Assembly (NCBI GenBank): GCA_002269645.1
Contig: NIVC01001611.1
Location: forward strand, 186,001-250,000
Length of the DNA: 64,000 bases
Direction of reading: 5' to 3'
Source of the DNA: Macrostomum lignano
Lineage: Eukaryota
Numbering within the stretch: the first letter of the stretch is position 1; every line of letters starts with the position of its first letter. A program made the translations under genes and the position numbers. Under the pieces are notes generated by a model. The model saw only the letters and a program-made list of their open reading frames with translations, had not been told where the DNA came from and made no database searches. Positions 53,291 to 64,000 of the stretch are shown in pieces.

Positions 53291-54150
53291 CTCAATTTAA
53301 CAAACTTTGTACTAAATAGATAGTTTTGTTTTTAAGCCCGACCTTTTATTGTAAAATATGTAAACAAGAAATGCAAAAAATTTTGCGATGCAGTCACTGT
53401 TTTGATGTTTTGATGTTCGATGTTTTGATGTTTGATGTTTTGAGTTGGACATGGTTCTGGCCTCTGGGGTTATTTCTAGCTACATCAACTTGCACTGTAG
53501 AGGAATTTGACGGTCGTTCGCACATTTTATGCAGAACAATACATTACTACAAACAATGCATTGTTGTAGGATCCTCAAAAACAGACAAAAACTGCAATAA
53601 GAATCAGCGGTCACGAGCACTGGGACGCAAATTATTTATCCATTGTGTGTTTGATCGAATTTCTGCCTCGAGGTGATATTTTTCAGATCTTTTTAAGCCT
53701 AGTGGCCATACATTCCTTTATATGATTTCACTGCGCTTTCATGTACAATCATTATTACCTAAAACTTCTTACGCAGTACATTATGCAAGCGTAGAATGGT
53801 CGCACCCTTAACCTTGAAATACAATACAAATACATGTTTACCCACATTTACATATCTTAGGTGATATGTTTTCATTGTTACATGTACACATTATTATATT
53901 CGTCTCTGAAATATTCATGCATTGCATGCACAGTACGAAAACATAAATCAGGATAATTAGTAATAATTATAATTTTGGAGTAAATCATTTACTTATCTCA
54001 GCTTTGAGAGTCAGCAGGTTTTTTAATTACTCATATCGTCTGCGAATTCTGTTTTCATCTCTGCTGCTTGAGTCCGTAAAAAACCCTCAAATATATATAC
54101 GTAAAATGCTTACTTAAACATTTACCAATTCTACGTATTAAAACAGTAAA

Positions 54151-54302
54151 TAATATTGAACCCAATTTTTATGCAGAAAGGGTTATGCTTTTAAAAAATG
54201 AAAAAACCGATTGAATTTACTGGCACGCAAATGAAATTTAGGAAAAATTTTATTTTTTTTAAAAGCATAACCCTTTCTGCATAAAAATTGGGTTCAATAT
54301 TA
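54151..54302. repeat. 152-bp foldback with ~48-bp perfect arms (possible TA-flanked MITE)
   Basis: TAATATTGAACCCAATTTTTATGCAGAAAGGGTTATGCTTTTAAAAAA and its exact reverse complement, with a spacer of about 55 bp. Confidence 0.85.
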
Positions 54303-57300
54303 TAGTTGAATAAACTAAACAGCTTGTCGAATAAAATATGTATGTAACTCGTAGTCACCTGGTGTAATCTGTTGAAGGAGCCGACGGCGTCAGGATGATG
54401 ACGGAATGCTTGAGAGACTAGCTGAGAATGTCTGACGGTCGATTCTTGCCCACTGTCGAGGCTTGATCGGCGAAACTAGAGAAATCCGCATCAGGGTGTC
54501 CATAGTCACCTGGTGCCACAGCTGTTGAGGGTCCAGAAGCTCCACTTGGGTGAAGGCTAGTGACCAACGAAGTCAGAACTGATGCAGACACATGTGGTCG
54601 ACGTGCTGATGAAATTTGGAAACTTGGCAAGGCTGCACTGAGGCGCAGTGCTGCTGATAGGCGCACAGGGGTGTACTGAATACACTGGCGCTTATGGAAA
54701 AATTCCGACCTTCTGGCAGAATCTTCGAATATCTCGACGGTCCGGAGGGCTGGCGACTTGATTCTTGTTTGAGAAGGTGCGCAACAAAAAGTTAGCCCGT
54801 GTTCTTGAATTTCGTGTGCCTGCGTTGCTCCGTTCCGGCGCAGCAAAAAATTGTCGGGGGGGGGGGGGGGGGGAATTTCACCCCTCTTGGTAGTTCAACG
54901 GGCGGAAAATGGCTTGGCATTCCTACTGTTAATCACGTTTATTTGCCTTGCAGAAAATATGCGTAAAAATGTAACAAAATTTTCCCTCAAAAAACGTCTA
55001 AGCTAGCAAGCATCGTGGATACTCCTGAAGGTTGATATTGTTATGGTTGTATGTCTGCTTAAACACGTACGTGTAGTCTTAAAATCCTAAAGTGAAACAC
55101 ACGCGTAGAATATTTACGTAACAAAATTCATAATTTTTTACGAATAAAAAAGGTAAAACATTTTGTGCGTCATTTACGAATTTAGTTTCTGAATATTTTT
55201 CCATCTTAAATACTTAAGTATATATTGAATATTTGGTCCACTAATGTGCCCTCTGTTCAAAGAAAATTTTAGGCATAAATTAATGTAGAAAATAGTTATT
55301 TGTGAAAAAATTTCCTAACTTTTTCGAATTCTTTCGTAAAGAAACTGCCTAAGAGTGACGTAAAAAAATCCCAAAAACTTACGAACTTCCGAAGCATCAT
55401 TGATGCATCAGTTCGAAATCCATGTACTTTTGATGGGTTTCGACCTTTCAGCCCCCTTGTGGGGAAGCCTTCGGGCCTCAGGTCTCAGAAATTAATCAAT
55501 TAGAGTCCTGGCCCCCCACTCCTGTCAGATGGTCAGCCCCATGGTAGCTTGATCGTGTGGCGAGCAGCCTAGGTCCTATAGCTAAGAGAGGGACAGCGAG
55601 AGACAAGCAGGGAGAATTTTGAAGGTAGAGATCAGCTAATCCGCAGATTAACTAACCCGCTGCCACCAGCCCGTGCGTCCTGGCTCACCACACCGGAACT
55701 TTCGAAATCGGGCTTCCGACTAGAGGGCACTATGAGCACTAGACTAGAGCACTAGAGCTTTTCCGATTAGAGCACTTACCTGCCAACTAGTGTCTTTTTG
55801 CTGTCAATCTCAAAGTCATAGCCGATGATAAGGGACACTGCTGGGACTAGATCGCATTGGCCATGCAGGTACAGAGGGGACTTGTGCAGGGGATTCTTGC
55901 AGTGGCGAGACTATGGGGTAGTTACATGTACTATTACATTGCTAAATACGAAGAATTGTACTTTTGGCCTTCAACGCGCCAACTAGCCTCTCATAGCGCT
56001 GATGATAGACTAAATCTAACCTCAGAGACCGCATGATTCATTACCGGAGCCGCTTGGCAAACCTAGAGTGCACAAAGTACACCTCTGGCGCCGATTCTGC
56101 ACTACTGGCAGTTTCGCTAACTGATTCGATAGATTGATCGACTGAGAACTGCCTTGCCATTGGTCCACTATGACCGGCGCCTACTAGCTTAGCCACTCAT
56201 CTGAGCCATCGGCGAACAAAGAAATAAAACCGATAAAAATAACTGTCAGATTTAACCTTCTCCTTGAATCACTTCACACCTCAGATTAAATTGGAGCTTC
56301 AGACTACTAGCAGTATTATTGAATGATTTCTGCCTCAGTAGCAGCACTACTGAACAAAATGAGCAAAAGTGTGCGCCTAATCCAGCCACTGAAACAGGGG
56401 ACAGATAGGGAATCACCCAATCAAGCAAGTCTAGGTAGCCTCTCGCCCAACCAATCAGAAACTCAACAGCCTGAGACCAGGTAATCCACAGTTGACCGAA
56501 TCGGCTTAGTGCTTCGCAGCTGTAGACCCGGCATGATGCTGATGTCACAACCTTCGCAGATAGCTAGCAGGTGATGCTCTTAACTTTGTTCACTGCTGAT
56601 GACCGGCGGAATTTGTCCTTGATGATGATGGGGGGAGTCGCAATCCGGGGATCAAGAAACGACGGTCGGGCCAGGGAGAGAGCAAGTTCCTGGCCGGTCT
56701 CCAGAAAGGGTTAGTCCGAGCGGGCCAAAAACACCGGTTTAAATAGCCGCCAACTGGACCGCAGTTTGTTATAATGGAACACGTCGATTCTGATTGGCTG
56801 AGCCGATTTGTTAAAATTGAGCGTCGAATTTTCTGATTGGCTGAGCTTGTTGCCACCAAAAGTCACGTGTCTGGGAGATCCTATCAGTTCCCTCGGGGTC
56901 GTAAAAACATGACAGGTGCGGCCATAAATCAATCAAAATCGCAACAAAATGATTTATGACCTTTCGTGTAGAATTACAAAAATTAATGAGAAAATATACA
57001 TTAGAAAGCTCTTATCAAGTAGAAAGTGAAGGTAATGAAGAGAAATCGCTAATCGCTAATCCCAACGTACTTTTAGGGGTAAAACGCATAGCTGTCAAAG
57101 CTGTCACACGCTTGAGTGAACACGAACAATAGGCCCTGACCTCATAAATCTTGATGGCCTGTCAAAATGATGAGAAAAAAGCTATCATTCGCATCCTCTC
57201 AGACCATCTGGCGCCAGCCCCAGCACTGAGTGAGGCGCGGGTGGCTGTCAGACCAGCTCAGACGCAATGATTTATGACCCAAAAGCAGCAAAAAGCCGCG

Positions 57301-58003
57301 CCTATGTTATTATAACTACAAGTATGGAAGATTAACATAGCTACAGAAGTCCTACTAGTACGCTCGTATGAATTCTAGAAAAATTACAAAAGAGGGAGAA
57401 AAACGCCCATAGCCTGCTGTTAGTAGGCTAGCAAGTTTGGAACCCATGTGCGAGCGTGAAATTTGGAAAAAAGTGCGTCCTCATCACTTTACCATATCCA
57501 TCTTTGCTTTTGTTAATCTTCTTGAGTCGGTAAAACCCTCAGTAAAATACGTAAAAAAATTCGAAAAAAGTTGCACCAATTTTTTACGTACGATTTCGTT
57601 TATTTGTCAGGCGGGCGAGCGGGCACGACACGAGAGAGAGGATAAAAATATCATTACATGTATGTAAAATAATTAAAATAGCTATTCATGCTTGTACGCC
57701 AAATGTAATTCCAAAAGTATGTGCATGTTGTTAGTGCGACATTTAATTTGAAATAATGAAAATCGACCTCGTGTATATTTTTAATATATAATACATTTAA
57801 TAACCTATAATATAGATCGCTGCTGAATCGCTCCTCTTGTACAGGTACCCGTGCAGGATGAAGAACTATCGTGTCTCTACATTGTCCAGGTTAAAAGTAA
57901 CTATAGATACGGAGTTAAGCGATCAAAAATCGTTTATTAGCGTTCAGTAGCATTCGCTTCGCTGTCAGAGAGTAGCGAATATGCTAAAAAGAATGTACAT
58001 TAG

Positions 58004-58327
58004 CTACTCGTAGTCAATTTTCAGGTCAAGGCGCAGATCTTTGCAGCGCCTGAAATAGGCCGAGTAGCTGGACAGGCCCTGAAACCAGGTCTTTACATCG
58101 TCGTTGCATCCCGGATCGCAGATGCTGGCCTCGGCTCGATTGCATTTGCACTCCTTGCCGCAGATGTTTGTGTAGGTGAAGCTGGAGCCTTTGATTTTGC
58201 ACAGCAGAACCGGATGGAAACAAGCCGGAACATTGTCGTCCTCGAGGGAAAGCTGGAAGGATGGCTCCGGCAGGACTGAAAGCAGCAGACCAAAGCACAG
58301 AAGCAGCGAGACTGTAGCAGTTTTCAT
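58004..58327 (-). CDS. Orphan secreted cysteine-rich protein, 107 aa (8 Cys in the mature region)
   Basis: MKT + hydrophobic VSLLLCFGLLLSVL + PEPSFQ signal peptide. Intact single-exon ORF with GC-rich coding composition, an acceptor TTTTTTGCAG about 48 nt upstream and AATAAA about 65 nt downstream of the stop. Confidence 0.75.
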   Translation of the reverse strand: MKTATVSLLLCFGLLLSVLPEPSFQLSLEDDNVPACFHPVLLCKIKGSSFTYTNICGKECKCNRAEASICDPGCNDDVKTWFQGLSSYSAYFRRCKDLRLDLKIDYE

Positions 58328-59080
58328 TTTGACAGTGCAGTTTTTTGCAGTTTTCCTGTTTTTAGTTAACACCGGCTGCAAAAAATTAACTAGATAGTTT
58401 CTGCTAGCTGAAGCCTGCACTGATATGTAGGCCTCTAACCAATCCTGCCTGCTGCAGTTATGCAGAGCTTTGAGGATTGGCTAAACATGTAATCAAGGGG
58501 TTTTTGCGGTTCGATCGCCATCAGCTTAGTTCTGGTTTACCAAGCAAATTGTATGGTCAGCATCTTTCTTCACTGCATCAGTCAAGATTTACTATCTATC
58601 CAGCTAGCTAAGTCAAGGCCAAGTTTTTAGCTGCACGCAAAGTAATTATAGACGCGCAGAAGATGGAGAGGAAAGGAGAAACCTGGAACTGCAATTTGTT
58701 CTTGTATTCTATCAACACTTGTAGCAAGCCTAACAGCTTACACTTCTTCACTTCCTGTGTTGGGCGAAGAATCTCGAAATTCTTGCATTTTTTACCGGAC
58801 TTGCGCTACATGTACAAGATGCATGTAGAAACTGATGGTGGAAACCAGCAACGGAAGAAGTGAAACAATGAATGCTTTTACAGTACATAAAACGCTTTGT
58901 TAAGTTATTATTTTTAAAAATATCAAATCTTTCAGTAGAGCAACGTTACGAAACTGCGAACTGCTGACGTATTTCATTTGTCTATTTACAAAAAGCTGTT
59001 AAATATGCATGTAGAAAGATAAAAATTGAATAAAATTTCCAATATCAGCACAACATTACGAGCGTATCGATGTACACGAT

Positions 59081-59985
59081 CTGGCAGATTAGGGCGATTC
59101 CCTGTGGCAGATTAGGGCGATTTCCTGTGGCAGATTAGGGCGATTCCCCGTGGCAGATTAGGGCAATTCCCCGTGGCAGATTAGGGCGATTCCCCGTGGC
59201 AGATTAGGGCGATTCCCCGTGGCAGATTAGGGCAATTCCCTGCGGCAGATTAGGGCGATTCCCTGTGGCAGATTAGGGCGATTCCCTGTGGAAGATTAGG
59301 GCGATTCCCTGTGGCAGATTAGGGCGATTCCCTGTGGCAGATTAGGGCGATTCCCTGCGGCAGATTAGGGCGATTCCCTGTGGCAGATTAGGGTGATTTC
59401 TGTGGCAGATTAGGGCGAATCCCTGTGGCAGATTAGGGCGATTCCCTGTGGCAGGTTAGGGCGATTTCTATGGCAGATTAGGGCGATTCCCTGCGGCAGA
59501 TTAGGGCAATTCCCTGTGGCAGATTAGGGCAATTCCCTGTGGCAGATTAGGGCAATTCCCTGTGGCAGATTAGGGCGATTCCCTGTGGCAGATTAGGGCA
59601 ATTCCCTGTGGCAGATTAGGGCAATTCCCTGTGGCAGATTAGGGCGATTCCCTGTGGCAGGTTAGGGCGATTTCTATGGCAGATTAGGGCGATTCCCTGC
59701 GGCAGATTAGGGCAATTCCCTGTGGCAGATTAGGGCAATTCCCTGTGGCAGATTAGGGCGATTCCCTGCGGCAGATTAGGGCGATTCCCTGCGGCAGATT
59801 AGGGCGATTCCCTGTGGCAGATTAGGGCGATTCCCTGCGGCAGATTAGGGCAATTCCCAGTGGAAGATTAGGGCGATTCCCTGCGGCAGATTAGGGCAAT
59901 TCCCTGTGGCAGATTAGGGCGATTCCCTGCGGCAGATTAGGGCAATTCCCAGTGGAAGATTAGGGCGATTCCCTGTGGCAGATTA
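59081..59985. repeat. 23-bp minisatellite (GGCAGATTAGGGCGATTCCCTGT)n, about 39 copies
   Basis: Read directly. Confidence 0.97.
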
Positions 59986-60789
59986 CGCCTGCAACTTACC
60001 GTATTTTACAAACTCGAGTTTAGAAAAATAAAAGTCCGACACGGGATGGATTGTGGGAAGAAAAAAAGAAAATGCTCGATTAGGGATAGAATTATCAGAT
60101 TAAAATATAAGTATATGATCAAGGCACAAAGTGCATCGAATGAAAACTCAAGATACAAAATAAGCATAAAAGTGATGCATCAGCTATAACTTTTTCTTAT
60201 AAAAAAATCAGCCGAAATAATTTTGTTCGAAAGAAAACGCCAACCAAATTACTTACAGTAGCGTAGAATGCCTACTGAATAAGATATTGAATGAAGTGAC
60301 TCGCTAATAATAAAGTAATTATAAGGGGAAATGCTGACACAGGAACTGTATAAAACTTACAATAAAATTTAGAAGAGACTCATGTACATAATAAATCAAA
60401 CAATTTACAGGACTAGATTAAATAGGTAAACCGGATACGAAAAAAGATCATATGTTATGCTATGATATTGACAGTTTTTAAATAAAATATTCCAAGGAAA
60501 TGAAACCGCGTTCAGCTGTGTAAATAATTGGATACTTTAATCGACACAGGTAACTGAAAACTGTGCAAATTTGAGATTCTTTTATAAATACGAGCTAATT
60601 TCAGCTAAAACTTACAATTAATTATGAAGCTTATAGCGAATTGAATAAAAGAATTATGAAAACACTCTCGAATGATCTAAAGCAATCATGAAGACTTTCT
60701 GGAGTAATTAAAGAAGGCATGGCTATTCACTTGTCCATGTACTAAAAATATAATCTAAATGATGTTGGAGTGATGACCAGTTACTGAAG

Positions 60790-62210
60790 AATCTGAGGGA
60801 GCCAAGATGACTTAATAATGAGGGAGCCATGACAACTGAAGAATCTGAGAGGGAGCCATGACAACTGAAGAATCTGAGTGAGAGCCATGACAACTGAAGA
60901 ATCTGAGAGGGAGCCATGACAACTGAAGAATCTGAGTGAGAGCCATGACAACTGAAGAATCTGAGAGAGAGCCATGACAACTGAAGAATCTGAGTGAGAG
61001 CCATGACAACTGAAGAATCTGAGTGACAGCCATGACAACTGAAGAATCTGAGAGAGAGCCATGACAACTGAAGAATCTGAGTGAGAGCCATGACAACTGA
61101 AGAATCTGAGTGACAGCCATGACAACTGAAGAATCTGAGAGAGAGAGCCATGACAACTGAAGAATCTGAGTGAGAGCCATGAGAACTGAAGAATCTGAGG
61201 GAGAGCCATGACAACTGAAGAATCTGAGTGAGAGCCATGAGAACTGAAGAATCTGAGAGAGAGCCATGACAACTGAAGAATCTGAGTGAGAGCCATGAGA
61301 ACTGAAGAATCTGAGAGAGAGCCATGACAACTGAAGAATCTGAGTGAGAGCCATGAGAACTGAAGAATCTGAGAGAGAGCCATGACAACTGAAGAATCTG
61401 GGCGAGAGCCATGACAACTGAAGAATCTGAGGGAGAGCCATGACAACTGAAGAATCTGAGGGAGAGCCATGACAACTGAAGAATCTGAGTGACAGCCATG
61501 ACAACTGAAGAATCTGGGCGAGAGCCATGACAACTGAAGAATCTGAGTGAGAGCCATGACAACTGAAGAATCTGGGCGAGAGCCATGACAACTGAAGAAT
61601 CTGAGGGAGAGCCATGACAACTGAAGAATCTGAGAGAGAGCCTTGATAACTGAAGAATCTGAGGGAGCCATGACAACTGAAGAATCTGAGAGAGAGCCTT
61701 GATAACTGAAGAATCTGAGGGAGCCATGACAACTGAAGAATCTGGGCGAGAGCCATGAGAACTGAAGAATCTGAGTGAGAGCCATGAGAACTGAAGAATC
61801 TGAGAGAGAGAGAGAGCCATGACAACTGAAGAATCTGAGGGAGAGCCATGACAACTGAAGAATCTGGGCGAGAGCCATGACAACTGAAGAATCTGAGGGA
61901 GAGCCATGACAACTGAAGAATCTGAGAGAGAGCCTTGATAACTGAAGAATCTGAGGGAGCCATGACAACTGAAGAATCTGAGAGAGAGCCTTGATAACTG
62001 AAGAATCTGAGGGAGCCATGACAACTGAAGAATCTGAGAGAGAGCCTTGATAACTGAAGAATCTGAGGGAGCCATGACAACTGAAGAATCTGAGAGAGAG
62101 CCTTGATAACTGAAGAATCTGAGGGAGCCATGACAACTGAAGAATCTGGGCGAGAGCCATGACAACTGAAGAATCTGAGTGAGAGCCTTGATAACTGAAG
62201 AATCTGAGAG
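60790..62210. repeat. ~29-bp minisatellite (GCCATGACAACTGAAGAATCTGAG(T/A/G)GAGA)n just 3' of the DCAF6-like stop
   Basis: Read directly. It explains ORFs 60723..62165, 60781..62160 and 60812..62698. Confidence 0.96.
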
Positions 62211-62226
62211 TAAAACAGCTGACTAA

Positions 62227-62683
62227 TCAACTCGGCAACAGGCCAGCCTCGAGAAGGCCCGCAGGCGGTGGGACCGCCATATTTGGCATTGCGGCCACCC
62301 TGGCGCTGAGCAGATCTGAGCAGCCAAGCATTTGCTGGTTCCTTCTGGCCAGCTCTGTGGCATAAGCCAGATCCGACTGATCTCGCTGTCCAGCATCCTC
62401 GCCATGCTGCATCGGGGACCAGATTTTCACATCGCGCTCCATGCCGCTGGTTGCTAGGCACAATAATTGAGGATGCGCGGCAACCCTGTTCACCAGGCAT
62501 TGGTCCGCTTGTCGAGCAGCAATCAAGCTTGAGTCGGAGATTCGCCAGACCATCAGATGGCCGCAGTCGCTGCCAGATAAAATGTGCTCGGAGCCCCAGA
62601 ACGTGGCTTGTTGAATGCAGGTTCGAGAGTTTCTGTGACCGCGATACTCTCTGAGCAGGGCATAGCCAGCTGGACTTGACGAG
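62227..62683 (-). CDS. DCAF6: Last coding exon of a DCAF6-like WD40 protein (gene continues beyond the window end)
   Basis: EYRGHRNSRTCIQQATFWGSEHILSGSDCGHLMVW...VNRVAAHP...LATSGMERDVKIWSP matches the DCAF6 C-terminal WD repeats (YKGHRNSRT...FWG...SGSDCGH). Acceptor TTTTCAG at 62684. Confidence 0.82.
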
Positions 62684-62736
62684 CTGAAAATGATGCACAT
62701 TTTTACTGCTAGATAGAATCAGAGTTTTGCGTACGA

Positions 62737-64000
62737 GTCACTGAATGATCAGAAAAATGAGTCACTGAATGATCAGAGGATATGAGTCACTGAATGATCA
62801 GAGGATATGAGTCACTGAATGATCAGAGGGATATGAGACACTGAATGATCAGAGGATATGAGTCACTGAATGATCAGAGGATATGAGTCACTGAATGATC
62901 AGAGGGATATGAGACACTGAATGATCAGAGGGATATGAGTCACTGAATGATCAGAGGGATATGAGACACTGAATGATCAGAGGGATATGAGTCACTGAAT
63001 GATCAGAGGGATATGAGTCACTGAATGATCAGAGGGATATGAGTCACTGAATGATCAGAGGGATATGAGACACTGAATGATCAGAGGGATATGAGACACT
63101 GAATGATCAGAGGGATATGAGTCACTGAATGATCAGAGGATATGAGTCACTGAATGATCAGAGGATATGAGTCACTGAATGATCAGAGGGATATGAGTCA
63201 CTGAATGATCAGAGGATATGAGTCACTGAATGATCAGAGGATATGAGTCACTGAATGATCAGAGGGATATGAGTCACTGAATGATCAGAGGATATGAGTC
63301 ACTGAATGATCAGAGGATATGAGTCACTGAATGATCAGAGGATATGAGTCACTGAATGATCAGAGGATATGAGTCACTGAATGATCAGAGGGATATGAGT
63401 CACTGAATGATCAGAGGGATATGAGTCACTGAATGATCAGAGGGATATGAGACACTGAATGATCAGAGGGATATGAGTCACTGAATGATCAGAGGGATAT
63501 GAGTCACTGAATGATCAGAGGATATGAGTCACGGAATGATCAAAGGGATATGAGACACTGAATGATCAGAGGGATATGAGTCACTGAATGATCAGAGAGA
63601 TATGAGACACTGAATGATCAGAGGGATATGAGTCACTGAATGATCAGAGGGATATGAGCCACTGAATGATCAGAGGGATATGAGTCACTGAATGATCAGA
63701 GGGATATGAGTCACTGAATGATCAGAGGGATATGAGACACTGAATGATCAGAGGGATATGAGACACTGAATGATCAGAGGGATATGAGACACTGAATGAT
63801 CAGAGGGATATGAGTCACTGAATGATCAGAGGGATATGAGTCACTGAATGATCAGAGGGATATGAGTCACTGAATGATCAGAGGATATGAGTCACTGAAT
63901 GATCAGAGGGATATGAGACACTGAATGATCAGAGGGATATGAGACACTGAATGATCAGAGGGATATGAGTCACTGAATGATCAGAGGGATATGAGTCACT
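62737..64000. repeat. 25/26-bp minisatellite (GAGTCACTGAATGATCAGAGG(G)ATAT)n, runs off the window
   Basis: Read directly, in a DCAF6-like intron. Confidence 0.97.

Noticed and set aside
58663-58863. 66-aa ORF next to the secreted-protein gene, considered as a paralog
   Set aside because: No signal peptide or shared Cys pattern in any frame.
60723-62698. 628-aa ORF apparently extending from the DCAF6-like exon
   Set aside because: It is a different frame from the WD40 reading and consists mostly of the 29-bp repeat.

Overview
Eukaryotic (metazoan) genomic DNA with GC-rich, CpG-rich exons and AT-rich introns, many of which carry their own minisatellite. This architecture suggests a free-living flatworm such as Macrostomum, which is an inference and was not tested. 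Seven protein-coding loci can be read with phase-consistent GT-AG splicing or intact ORFs: NOC2L (+, 4 exons), TMEM39 (-, 6 exons), a Tejas/TDRD5-like eLOTUS+Tudor gene (-, 3 exons), an adjacent LOTUS-only paralog (-), a full-length myosin VI (-, 12 coding exons, about 1286 aa), an orphan secreted 8-Cys protein (-) and the last exon of a DCAF6-like WD40 gene (-). The rest is about 30 tandem-repeat arrays, LINE fragments, MITEs (one with a perfect 9-bp TSD) and a decayed hAT-like transposase. Almost all long ORFs in the supplied track are artefacts of tandem repeats. Highlights: the tandem LOTUS pair, an exon created by internal tandem duplication, CpG decay in several transposon relics while exons stay CpG-rich, a myosin VI with Gly at the TEDS site, and the orphan Cys-rich secreted protein. 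Coordinates were read by eye and may be off by a few bases, more for repeat edges.
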